Both the position numbers and the translations under genes were made by a program. 64,000 nt of DNA from Octopus sinensis (taxonomy: Eukaryota). The notes beneath the pieces were generated by a model. That model ran no database searches. It saw nothing but the letters and a program-made list of their open reading frames with translations, and had not been told where the DNA came from. This document shows, one piece after another, positions 1 to 10,779 of this stretch. The stretch lies in assembly GCF_006345805.1 (NCBI RefSeq), contig NC_043004.1, forward strand, positions 82,150,001 to 82,214,000, given 5' to 3'. Position 1 is the first letter of the stretch. Each line of letters starts with the position of its first letter.

Positions 1-385
1 GGATTGGCTGTGTGGTAAGTAGCTTGCTTACCAACCACATGGTTCCGGGTTCAGTCCCACTGCGTGGCACCTTGAGCAAGTGTCTTCTACTATAGCCTCG
101 GGTCGACCAAAACCATGTGAGTGGATTTGGTAGACGGAAACTGAAAGAAGCCCGTCGTATATATGTATATGTATATATATGTATATTTGTGTTTGTCCCT
201 CCAACATTGCTTGATAACCGATGGTGGTGTGTTTACGTCCCAGTAACTTAGCGATTCGGCAAAAGCGACCGATAGAATAAGTACTAGGCTTACAAAGAAT
301 AAGTCCTGCGATCGATTTGCTCGACTAAAGCCGGTGCTCCAGCATGGCCGCAGTCAAATGACTGAAACAAGTCAAAGAGTAAAAA
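1..385 (+). mobile_element. tRNA-derived SINE family A
   Basis: A/B-box-like head (ggctgtgtggtaag...ggttcagtccc), central (TA)n, tail ...gactgaaacaagt; many copies in window. Confidence 0.85.
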
Positions 386-420
386 GAGTATCCCACAAAA
401 GTAGTGTTCAGGAATGCTTC

Positions 421-863
421 GGATCTTTTCGGTTTGAACGGCAGTTTTTTCTAGCGGTGTCATATGAAATTGTCACCCATAATTATGACCCTATTATCGA
501 TCTATTGCATTTCAATCTGTTTTAGGGCTAGGGTTAGTTAGGGTTAGTGTTAGGGTTAAAGTTAGGGGTGGGGGAAGGGTATCTTTCTTTCTTCAGAAAT
601 GTAAATAAACCCAATCTGTTTCTTAAACGCGGGACATATTCATACTGCACAGAATGTTTTCACCTCAATAGACGTCATTGATTGGTTGAAATTGCAGAAA
701 TTGAAGAAAATAACAACAAATAGCTTACAAACTATAGAATTTTCTCAATAAAGCCAAGAGAAAAAGATGTTTCATAAACACATTCTACCAGTATAAGAAG
801 TTTAAAAGTGTTTAGTTACGTGGAAATTATTTTAAAAAACTGCCGTTCAAACCGAAAAGATCC
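421..863 (+). mobile_element. TIR MITE, copy A, with internal TTAGGG-like tract
   Basis: ~30-bp TIRs GGATCTTTTCGGTTTGAACGGCAGTTTTTT; flanked by direct repeat ATGCTTC (414-420 and 864-870). Confidence 0.85.
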
Positions 864-1117
864 ATGCTTCCATCAATGGAAACGACACGGAATGTGGGTG
901 ACTTTAGAAGGCGATTAATTCAAACGAGATTCAAACGGTCAAATTGTCATGTGTTCTAGTTTTCTTTTTCTTGCACCAGGCCGGATACTGTACGATCAGA
1001 CCTCGTATCAGGATTCTTACGAGGATGTGATAATAATTGTTAGCCAAACTATCAGCTGGTTATCCAGGACCATTATTCATTCTCTTCTAATCAGATTGAA
1101 GCTATAGTTTAACCACC

Positions 1118-1550
1118 GGATCTTTTCGGTATGACCGGCAGTTTTTAAAAATAATTTCCACGTAACTAAACACTTTTAAACTTCGTATACTGGTAGAATG
1201 TGTTTGTAAAACACCTTTTTCTCTTGGCTTTATTGAGAAAATTCTATAGTCTGTAAGATATTTGTTGTTTTGTTTCTTCAATTTCTGCAATTTCAACCGA
1301 TCAATGACGTCTATTGAGGTGAAAACATTCTGTGCCGTATGAATATGTCCCTCGTTTAAGAAACAGATTGGATTTATTTACATTCTGGAAGAAAAAAAGA
1401 TACCCTTCCCCCCACCCCTAACCCTAACCCTAACAAAACCTAATCCTAAAACAGATTGAAATGCAATAGATCGATACTAGGCTCATAATTATGGGTGACA
1501 ATTTCATATGACACCGCTAGAAAAAACTGCCGTTCAAACCGAAAAAATCC
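1118..1550 (-). mobile_element. TIR MITE, copy B, inverted relative to copy A
   Basis: Same TIRs and internal sequence in reverse orientation; flanks TAACCACC/TAACCATG partly match. Confidence 0.85.
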
Positions 1551-1867
1551 TAACCATGTTTCTCCACTTCACTCATAGAATTTCTTTATCAAAAACTTTT
1601 TTTCATATTTTAAATCTTAAATTTCCTTTATTTCAAAAATGGTAAACGACAACGAATTCTTCTGAAGTACTTCGGAGAAAAAAATAAAATGAAATAAATA
1701 TATAACAAAAAATACGAAAAAATAGACAAAATTATAACAAGAACAACAATATCCAACAATATCAATCAACAGCGTTTCGTTGCTAAGACAAGTCTTTTTC
1801 TTTCGCTATTATTTTTTTTTGGTTAATTTTTTTTATTTCATCTTTTGGTTGTTCTGTTATATAAGGA

Positions 1868-2284
1868 TTAGTCCGGTACCAAAATAATTTTGCAGTTTTC
1901 AGTAACGCTGGAAATACTAACGTCTTTCTCTACGGGTCCTTTCATTGAGTACAATTTGCTACGGTTCAGTGACGTAGTTCTCGTTGTAAACGACACCGTC
2001 CCCCGCTGTGTCCAGATGCGATCCGCTCCAGTGAATCGACCACGAAATAAAGTACGGAACGAATGTTTGAATTTCTCACGGAAGTTTTTCGACATAAACG
2101 AATATACTATTGGATTTATGCAACTGTTGAAGTACGCCATCAGGTTAAAAGCCATGCGCATCGGTTTCAAATAGCCGTAATGCAATCGGGGTAGATAATC
2201 GAATCCGATCATAACGTTGTTGATAAGAATTGGTGCCCAGCAGATAATAAACAGCAGAACTACGACGACAAGCATCTTCACTAC
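1868..2284 (-). CDS. Class A neuropeptide-type GPCR, last coding exon (TM6, ECL3, TM7, helix 8, C-tail)
   Basis: Acceptor ttctccacag|GTA at 2285/2284; reads VVKMLVVVVLLFIICWAPILINNV...AYFNSCINPIVYSFMSKNFREKF...PD* with CWxP and NPxxY motifs; TAA at 1870-1868. Subfamily (QRFP/CCK/orexin-like annotation space) cannot be fixed without a search. Confidence 0.95.
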   Translation of the reverse strand, partial: VVKMLVVVVLLFIICWAPILINNVMIGFDYLPRLHYGYLKPMRMAFNLMAYFNSCINPIVYSFMSKNFREKFKHSFRTLFRGRFTGADRIWTQRGTVSFTTRTTSLNRSKLYSMKGPVEKDVSISSVTENCKIILVPD

Positions 2285-3299
2285 CTGTGGAGAAAAGAAC
2301 AAGAAATAACATCATTAATATTGATTTTAAGTTTTGGCAAAAAACCAGCATTTTAGGAGCCAGGATTAACCCATTAACGGGCAAATTTTTGTTATTCAGA
2401 TATTTTGGCATTGCCAGGTGTCTTAGGAGTTAAATATATATAGTATTTAAATTTTCTTCATATGTGGATTATTTTGGAAATTATGATAAATTTTTCGGAA
2501 AGTCCCAAATGGGGATCGCTGAAAAATGCATATTTTTCCTTTTTTATTCAATTACAATAATAAACATATAATTTTTTTAAAACTATAGTATCAAATGCGA
2601 ATGAGTATAAAATATCAATCAATGATAAAGATGGGAAATGCAAAAAACCAAAAACCGAAAAGGACAAAATTTTCAAAACAGTCAATATTTTTGTAGTTCA
2701 AAAATTGCGATTTATGACATTAAATGTCCTCTAGAATTAGCCAGAAATAATAATGACAAACTTTAATTACTAAATATTGTTAAACATACCTCTGCAAATG
2801 CAATATGCATAAACAATTCACTTTAAATACAACGAACAACCGACAGTTAGACTGTTTATAGCAGATTCCCCGAATTAGGCTCATGGCAGGTAATGGATTA
2901 AGTCGATTACACCAAGCCCAGTGCTCAAATGGCATTTATTTTGTCGACCCCGAAAGGACGAAAGGCAAAGTGGACCCCAGCGGAATTTGAACTAAGAATG
3001 TAAAGACACGAAACGTCGCTTAGCACTTTGCCCGACATGCTAACGATTCTGCTGCCGCCTTTAATATCATAAATAATGATTTCAAATTTTGCCCCAACTG
3101 CAGCAACCTGTGGAGAGAGGATGAGTCGAATACATCGACCCAAGTACTTAACTGGTATTTTTTTTATCGACCTCGAAAGGACGAAAGGACAGCGGAATTT
3201 CAACTCAAAAATGATATCGATTTCAAAGTTTGGCACAAGATCAGCAAGTCTGGGTGAGTGGTTAAGTCAGTTACGTCAACCCCAGAGTTCACCTGGTAC

Positions 3300-4057
3300 T
3301 TGTTTTCTTTTCTACCCAAAGCACACGGCCCAAAATTATTGGGGAGGGGGCCAGTCGATTAGATCGACCCCAGTACAACTGGTGCTTAATTTATCGACCC
3401 TGAAAGGATGAAAGGCAAAATCGACCTCGACGGAATTTGATCTTAAAACATAGAAACGGACGAAATACCTATTTCTTTACAACCCACAAGGGACTAAACA
3501 CAGAGGGGACAAACAAGGACAGGCAAACTGATTAAGTCGATTATATCGACCCCAGTACGTAACTGGTACTTAATTTATCGACCCCGAAAGGATGAAAGGC
3601 AAAGTCGACCTCGGCAGAATTTGAACTCAGAACGTAACGTCAGACGAAATACCTATTTCTTTATTACCCACAAGGGGCTAAACATAGAGGGGACAAACAA
3701 GGACAGACATAGGTATTAAGTCGATTACATCGACCCCAGTGCGTAACTGGTACATATTTAATCGATCCCGAAAGGATGAAAGGTAAAGTCGACTTCGTCG
3801 GAATTTGAACTCAGAACGTAACGTCAGACGAAATACATATTCCTTTACTACCCACAAGGGGCTAAATACAGAGAGGACAAACAAAGACAGATAAACGGAT
3901 TAAGTCGATTATATCGACCCCAGTGCGTAACTGGTACTTATTTAATCGACCCTGAAAGGATGAAAGGCAAAGTCGACCTCGGTGGAATTTGAACTCAGAA
4001 CGTATCGTCAGACGAAATACCGCTAAGCATTTTACCTGGTATGCAAACGATTCTGCC
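3300..4057 (-). mobile_element. SINE family B head-to-tail multimer (about 4 units, ~184-bp period)
   Basis: Units start near 3470, 3654 and 3838, each joined tail-to-internal-head at aaagaaatag|gtatttcgtc-type junctions. Confidence 0.85.
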
Positions 4058-5122
4058 AGAAATAATGCCGTATATATTATAAGCAATTGCCAGACGGTGA
4101 GCTGCGAAATACGTTGCCGGCATTTCTTCCAGTTTTCAGTTCTGAGTTCGAATGACGCTGGTGTCAATTTTCTCTTCCTCCCTTTCGCGGGGTCGATAAA
4201 ATATGTATCGTTTGAATACTGGGGTCGGTGTAATTATCTCTTCTCCCCACCCACGGACTGGTACCAAAATTTGCGTCAAACTTGGGCACAAGGCCAGCAA
4301 TTTCTGGGGAGGGGGTTAAGTCGATTTTATTAACCACCCCGGAAGTCTAGTAACGGGAAATGTACAAGGGTGACACCGTAGTAAGATGATGAGAGGGTGG
4401 TGCTCTGCTAAAAGAAGTAACGTTGAGCTGGAGGAAAGAATGACCAAGTAGAAGGTGGAGATGATACTTGGATCGACCTCGAAAGGATGAAAGGCAAAGT
4501 CGACCAAGGTGAAATTTGAACTCAGAACGTAAAGACGGACGAAGAACCGCTAAGCATTTTATCTGACGTGCGAGCAATTTCCCCAGTTCGCCACCTTTAA
4601 TGCTAGAAATAATGAGAGCGTTATGCATCACATGATGAATAACTCTAGAAGTGTACTTTGCCACTATGGGTAATATCTGGAAATATAATCATAAATACGG
4701 TAATTGTAATTTAATTTTTATGAAATATTTTGGTTGTTATACAAAGTGAGGAAAAAAATATTAATTTTGAAAGAAAAATAATTATTATCTTAAAATAAAA
4801 TTATATGAAACAAAATTTCCAAGTATAATTCTTCCTGTAAATACTCTTTCATGCATTTCTTCTCTTCCTTCATCCCTGTCTATGATTCTCTTTTTTTTCT
4901 TCTCATTGTGTGTTTGCATTGTGTTATTTACGCATTGTCTGCAACCAAGCCTATTATGTCTATTCATCTTGCATCAATTGTGTTAATTCTCTCCCTTTGC
5001 TCTTTTCTCTCTCTCTCTCCCTCTCTCTCGGTATCTCTTTCTAACTGTCTTTTCCTCCCACCACACCATGCGTCAACAAGTCAACATTTTTACCGCATAT
5101 TATTATCATATCGGAACTAAAG

Positions 5123-5330
5123 ACGGCGAGCTGGCAGAATCGTTAGCACCCCGGGTAAAGCGCTTAGCGGCATTTCATCGATAAATTAAGTACCAGTTAC
5201 GTACTAGGGTCGATCTAATCGACTGGTTCCTCCCCCAAATTTCGGAAAATTAAGTACCAGTTACGTACTAGGGTCGATCTAATCGACTGGTTCCTCCCCC
5301 AAATTTCGGACCTTGTGCCTATAGTAGAAA
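5123..5330 (+). mobile_element. SINE family B, internally deleted, with perfect 64-bp tandem duplication (5183-5246 / 5247-5310)
   Basis: Head ggcgagctggcagaatcgttagc; two identical 64-mers. Confidence 0.8.
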
Positions 5331-5336
5331 GAATTA

Positions 5337-5394
<58 letters not shown>

Positions 5395-5417
5395 CATTAT
5401 TATTATTATTATTATTG

Positions 5418-6770
5418 TTGTTGTTGTTATTATAACTATTATTTTTGTTGTTATTGTTGTTGTTGTTATTATAACTATTATTTTTGTTGTTATTGTTGTT
5501 GTTGTTATTATAACTATTATTTTTGTTGTTATTGTTGTTGTTGTTATTATAACTATTATTTTTGTTGTTATTGTTGTTGTTGTTATTATAACTATTATTT
5601 TTGTTGTTATTGTTGTTGTTGTTATTATAACTATTATTTTTGTTGTTATTGTTGTTGTTGTTATTATAACTATTATTTTTGTTGTTATTGTTGTTGTTGT
5701 TATTATAACTATTATTTTTGTTGTTATTGTTGTTGTTGTTATTATAACTATTATTTTTGTTGTTATTGTTGTTGTTGTTATTATAACTATTATTTTTGTT
5801 GTTATTGTTGTTGTTGTTATTATAACTATTATTTTTGTTGTTATTGTTGTTGTTGTTATTATAACTATTATTTTTGTTGTTATTGTTGTTGTTGTTATTA
5901 TAACTATTATTTTTGTTGTTATTGTTGTTGTTGTTATTATAACTATTATTTTTGTTGTTATTGTTGTTGTTGTTATTATAACTATTATTTTTGTTGTTAT
6001 TGTTGTTGTTGTTATTATAACTATTATTTTTGTTGTTATTGTTGTTGTTGTTATTATAACTATTATTTTTGTTGTTATTGTTGTTGTTGTTATTATAACT
6101 ATTATTTTTGTTGTTATTGTTGTTGTTGTTATTATAACTATTATTTTTGTTGTTATTGTTGTTGTTGTTATTATAACTATTATTTTTGTTGTTATTGTTG
6201 TTGTTGTTATTATAACTATTATTTTTGTTGTTATTGTTGTTGTTGTTATTATAACTATTATTTTTGTTGTTATTGTTGTTGTTGTTATTATAACTATTAT
6301 TTTTGTTGTTATTGTTGTTGTTGTTATTATAACTATTATTTTTGTTGTTATTGTTGTTGTTGTTATTATAACTATTATTTTTGTTGTTATTGTTGTTGTT
6401 GTTATTATAACTATTATTTTTGTTGTTATTGTTGTTGTTGTTATTATAACTATTATTTTTGTTGTTATTGTTGTTGTTGTTATTATAACTATTATTTTTG
6501 TTGTTATTGTTGTTGTTGTTATTATAACTATTATTTTTGTTGTTATTGTTGTTGTTGTTATTATAACTATTATTTTTGTTGTTATTGTTGTTGTTGTTAT
6601 TATAACTATTATTTTTGTTGTTATTGTTGTTGTTGTTATTATAACTATTATTTTTGTTGTTATTGTTGTTGTTGTTATTATAACTATTATTTTTGTTGTT
6701 ATTGTTGTTGTTGTTATTATAACTATTATTTTTGTTGTTATTGTTGTTGTTGTTATTATAACTATTATTT
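5418..6770. repeat. 39-bp minisatellite, ~35 near-identical copies
   Basis: Unit gttgttgttgttattataactattatttttgttgttatt (VVVVIITIIFVVI in the ORF track); degenerates to ~7020. Confidence 0.95.
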
Positions 6771-6980
6771 ATTATTATTATTGTTGTTGTTGTTGTTGTT
6801 GTTGTATTATAACTATTATTTTTGTTGTTATTGTTGTTGTTGTTATTATTATTATTATTGTTATTATTATTATTATAGTTATTATTGTTGTTGTTGTTAT
6901 TATAACTATTATTTTTGTTGTTATTGTTGTTGTTATTATAACTATTATTTTTGTTGTTATTGTTGTTGTTGTTATTTTTA

Positions 6981-7020
<40 letters not shown>

Positions 7021-7077
7021 CATTAATATTATTTCGTCAGCGTCATCCTATTTGTTTTTATAAATCTTCGTAACAAC

Positions 7078-7083
7078 ACTTGC
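7078..7083 (-). other. Non-canonical GC 5' splice site (GC-AG intron 7083-2285)
   Basis: CAG|GCAAGT matches the U1 consensus at every position except +2 and keeps the frame into the last exon. Confidence 0.75.
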
Positions 7084-7207
7084 CTGCATCTTCGTTTTAT
7101 CATCTTCTTCTGTAGTTTTCTTTCTTCTGCGATCTCCAGTAATATAAATACTACGGAAGCCCGTACGTGATCCACTGCTATCTTTGATGCAACCGTTATT
7201 CACCATA
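7084..7207 (-). CDS. GPCR exon encoding intracellular loop 3
   Basis: Polypyrimidine tract and tttcag acceptor ending 7208; 124 bp = 1 nt + MVNNGCIKDSSGSRTGFRSIYITGDRRRKKTTEEDDKTKMQ; ends phase 0 and joins in frame to VVKML of the 2284 exon; donor CAG|GCAAGT. Confidence 0.8.
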
Positions 7208-7539
7208 CTGAAATAAGAGAAAAAAAGAAATATTGAAAGAATATAGCCGAGTACACGTAAAGTACACGTAAAGGGTATAACCAGGTACACGTAACAGAGT
7301 GTACTCAGTGTGTGTGTGTATGTTTGTGTGTGTGCTTGTCCTTCTACCGGCCAGACAACCGGTGTTAGTTTGATTACGTTTCCGTAACTAATCAAAAGTA
7401 TCAGACGTTTGTTTGGGAGCAAGACCCTTCAATGCTGTGCTCCGGCATGGTCGCAGCCCAACGACAAGGTCAAGGAAAAGCTAAGAGAAATCATTGCAAC
7501 GAATACAAAACAGAAACGCTAAGGCTCACGCACTCCCTC

Positions 7540-8040
7540 CCTCCTCCCTCCCTCACTCCCTCTCTCACTCACTCCCTCTGTCCCTCCTCCCTCCCTCCCT
7601 CCCTCTCTTACTCACTTATTCACTCAATCCCTCCCTCTCTCCTCCTACCCTACCTCCCTCCCTCTCTCATTCACCTATTCACTCAATCCCTCCCTCCCTC
7701 CTCCAACCCTCCTCCCTCTCTCACTTACTCACTCACTCCCTCTCTCACTCACTCACTCACTCACTCACTCAATCACTCACTCACTCAGTCACTCACTCAT
7801 TCACTCCTCCCTCCCTCTCTCTCTCACTCACTCATTCACTCACTAATTCACTCACTCACTCACTCACTTACTCACTCCTACCTCCCCCTCTCCCTCTCTT
7901 ATTCACTCAGTCCCTCACTCACTCACTCACTCACTCAGTCACTCATTTACTCACTCCCCCTCCACTTCCCTCACTCACCCACTCATTCCCTCTCTCCTTC
8001 ACACATTCCTTCTCTCCCTCTTTCTCTCACACACGCATAC
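7540..8040. repeat. (CACT)n/(CCCT)n low-complexity tract
   Basis: Direct reading. Confidence 0.9.
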
Positions 8041-8309
8041 ACACCCCCACCTACCCGTACATTGTGTTGCTTTGTTATTGGACGGATTTCTTTCAACAGA
8101 AGAGAAAATAAACAAAGAAAACAAACAAGCAAAATAATGAACAATAACAAGAAAAATAAAAAAAAAAGATTTATCCTGCTCGTATTCGCATTTGCCTTGT
8201 TTTCACAACTCTTCGCTGTTTGTGTAGTGCACACATGCAATGAAGAAAGAAAGAAAGAAAGAAAGAATGAAAGAAAAAAAGAAAGAAAGAAAGAATACTG
8301 AAAATTGTG

Positions 8310-8722
8310 AGGATGATGATGATGACGACGATTATGATGATGGTTATGATGATGGTTATGATAATGAATTATGATGATGATGGTGATGATGATTCTGGTG
8401 ATGATGATTCTGGTGATAATGATGAGGGTGATGATGATGCTACGACGACGGCGAGGAGGAGGAGGAGGAGGATGACGACGACGACGATGATGATGATGAC
8501 GACGATGATGATGATGATGATGATGATGATATCAGTGTTAATGGTGGTTGTGATCAAAATGATGGCGATGATGATGATAATGATGACGATGATGATGATG
8601 ATGATGATGACGACGACGATGACGACGACGATGATGAGGATGATGATGATATCAGTGTTAATGGTGGTTGTGATCAAAATGATGGCGATGATGATGATAA
8701 TGATGATGATGATGATGATGAT
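8310..8722. repeat. (GAT)n/(GAC)n compound microsatellite with internal ~60-bp duplication
   Basis: atcagtgttaatggtggttgtgatcaaaatgatggcg occurs twice (~8531 and ~8650). Confidence 0.9.
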
Positions 8723-9124
8723 AATTGGAGTCTTTATACCTGGGATGGAAATAATTCCAATATAACACATCCGAGAGCAGTTTGCACGGAAAAAACTAAC
8801 AGAATCGTATTGTCTTATATGAGGTAACATACAGCATACAATATTATTTACATGTGGAATCAAAAGAATTTATATGCGTAACGGATTCCTTCATTGCAGA
8901 GAAATCGACAGAATGGTTGTTGCATCATAGAAGCAGCTTCTGCACGAATTTAATTAGATTCTCACCCTATAACAAGTAGGGGTTTTGTAATCGCTGAATA
9001 GACTGATTAAGAAAATGGTTGCGTAATTTTGCAAACGGACACTGAAAACGCGATCTGCACTAACAACTATAAGTAAAGGAACGTTCAAGTATTTTGTACT
9101 AAATACTAGTATTCGTTTGAAGTC

Positions 9125-9495
9125 GAGCAATCTCCAAAGAGAATTAGCGAAATTTCCAGCTCATATCATCCAGACCTTGCTGAGGTCAGTCAGTATCTTG
9201 GTTTTACAAGGCAACAAGGATTAATGGAATTAAGCGTGTCCTAGGAGAAGGGATGGAGGAGGCTTGAGAAGCAAAGAGAACCCAGTTACAAAAAATTGGT
9301 AGAGGTCTGCCGCAAGAAATGGTGGAGAATGCAGTGTTTACGAGTGGAGGTTTCGCAGTCAGATTTCAGCAGGATGTAATCTGAACGAGGCCTATGGAAT
9401 TCTGGGTTATTCGAGTGTTTGTAGAAAAAGTGCCACCAAGAATGAGACAGAGGTTGCGGAGAAAGAATTTAGATGGCTCTGTCTGAGAATAATTG
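9125..9495 (+). pseudogene. Degraded 3' end of a REL-endonuclease non-LTR retrotransposon
   Basis: Frameshifted translation LAKFPAHIIQTLLR...MELSV...MEEA...YKKLVEVCRKKWWRMQCLRVEV resembles the PD..ELTVPWE..KY..LV..C..GW..VEV REL domain of R2/NeSL/R4-type elements. Confidence 0.6.
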
Positions 9496-9749
9496 ATTGA
9501 TGGAAATCGGAAGAATGATGCTTGGATACATCTAGACTTGATCAACTAAGAATGGGTCACCTCAATCGGATGAGTGCGTGCGTGTGTGTCTGTGTGTGTA
9601 GTAAGATCCGAAACGCCCATTGATTCCAGGATAAAACACTAACGTTGCGTCCAAACATTGCATCTATAGGTAAATGTTGCTCCAGCATGTACTCCAGAAG
9701 TTTCATCATGTCGTTTGTTACCACAAAAATTAGTTCCAAATTTTGGTGC

Positions 9750-9980
9750 AAAGGGCGGTGAGCTGGCGGAAACGTTAGCACGCTGGGCGAAATGCTTAGC
9801 GGTATTTCGTCTGCCGTTACGTTCTGAGTTCAAATTCCGCCGAGGTCGACTTTGCCTTTCATCCTTTCGGGGTCGATTAAATAAGTACCAGTTACACACT
9901 GGGGTCAATATAATCGACTTAATCCCTTTGTCCTTGTTTCTCCCCTCTATATTTAGCCCCCTATGGGCAATTAAGAAATA
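9750..9980 (+). mobile_element. SINE family B monomer
   Basis: Full head ggcggtgagctggcggaaacgttagc, central gactttgcctttcatcctttcggggtcg domain. Confidence 0.85.
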
Positions 9981-10344
9981 AATTTTGGTGCAAAGTCGAC
10001 AATTTGGAAGGTGGAGTTAAGCCGATTGCATCGAATCCAGCAATCAACTGGTAATTATTTTATCGGCCCCGAAAAGATAAAAGGCAAAGTCGATCCCTAC
10101 TGCATTTGAACTCAGGACGTTAAGTCGGAAGAAATGCCGCATTTTCTTTCCGGTGTGATAACGATTCAGCCAACTCCATTTATTTACCCCCAAATATTGA
10201 CACCATAAACCCAACAAAAAGCGATTAAGGAATGGTTATTAATGTAATTGTGGATTGATTCACCGGCGTGAATATTGAGAAGAAATGACGAATGACAATT
10301 TATAATAGCGGAAAGTTATCTATAACAATTAGATGATTTTTATC

Positions 10345-10752
10345 TAGGCGCAACCACATGGTTCCGGGTTCAGTCCTACTGCGTGGCACGTTGGGTAAGT
10401 GTCTTCTGCTATAGTCTCGGGCCGACCAAAGCCTTGTGAGTGGATTTGGTAGACGGAAACTGAAAGAAGCCCGTCGAATATATATATATATGTATATATA
10501 TGAATTTATGTGTTTTATGCTTGTGTATATATATGTATGTATGTGTTTGTCCTCCCCAGCACCATCGCTTGACAACCGATGCTGGTGTGTCTACGTCCCC
10601 GTCACTTTGCGGTTCGGCAAAAAGAGACCGATAGAATAAGTACTAGGCTTACAAAGAATAAGTCCTCGGGTCGATTTTATTCGACTAATGGTGGTGCTCC
10701 AGCATGACCGCAGTCAAATGACTGAAACAAGTAAAAGAGTAAAAGAGTAAAG
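10345..10752 (+). mobile_element. SINE family A
   Basis: Matches copy at 1-385. Confidence 0.85.
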
Positions 10753-10779
10753 AATTCGACTTGAAATTATTATAAATAT

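Noticed and set aside
2362-2432. TTAA-flanked piggyBac-like ends
   Set aside because: Too short and too poorly matched to call TIRs.
3470-4057. CRISPR-like or tRNA-gene array
   Set aside because: Units are whole SINE bodies without unique spacers; the tRNA-like heads lack a complete cloverleaf; eukaryotic context.
5315-7063. 582-aa hydrophobic ORF
   Set aside because: Translation of the 39-bp triplet minisatellite; no stop is possible in that frame and it lies antisense within an intron.
7432-8765. ORFs of 150-290 aa (SLTH-, M/D-rich)
   Set aside because: Products of (CACT)n and (GAT)n simple repeats.
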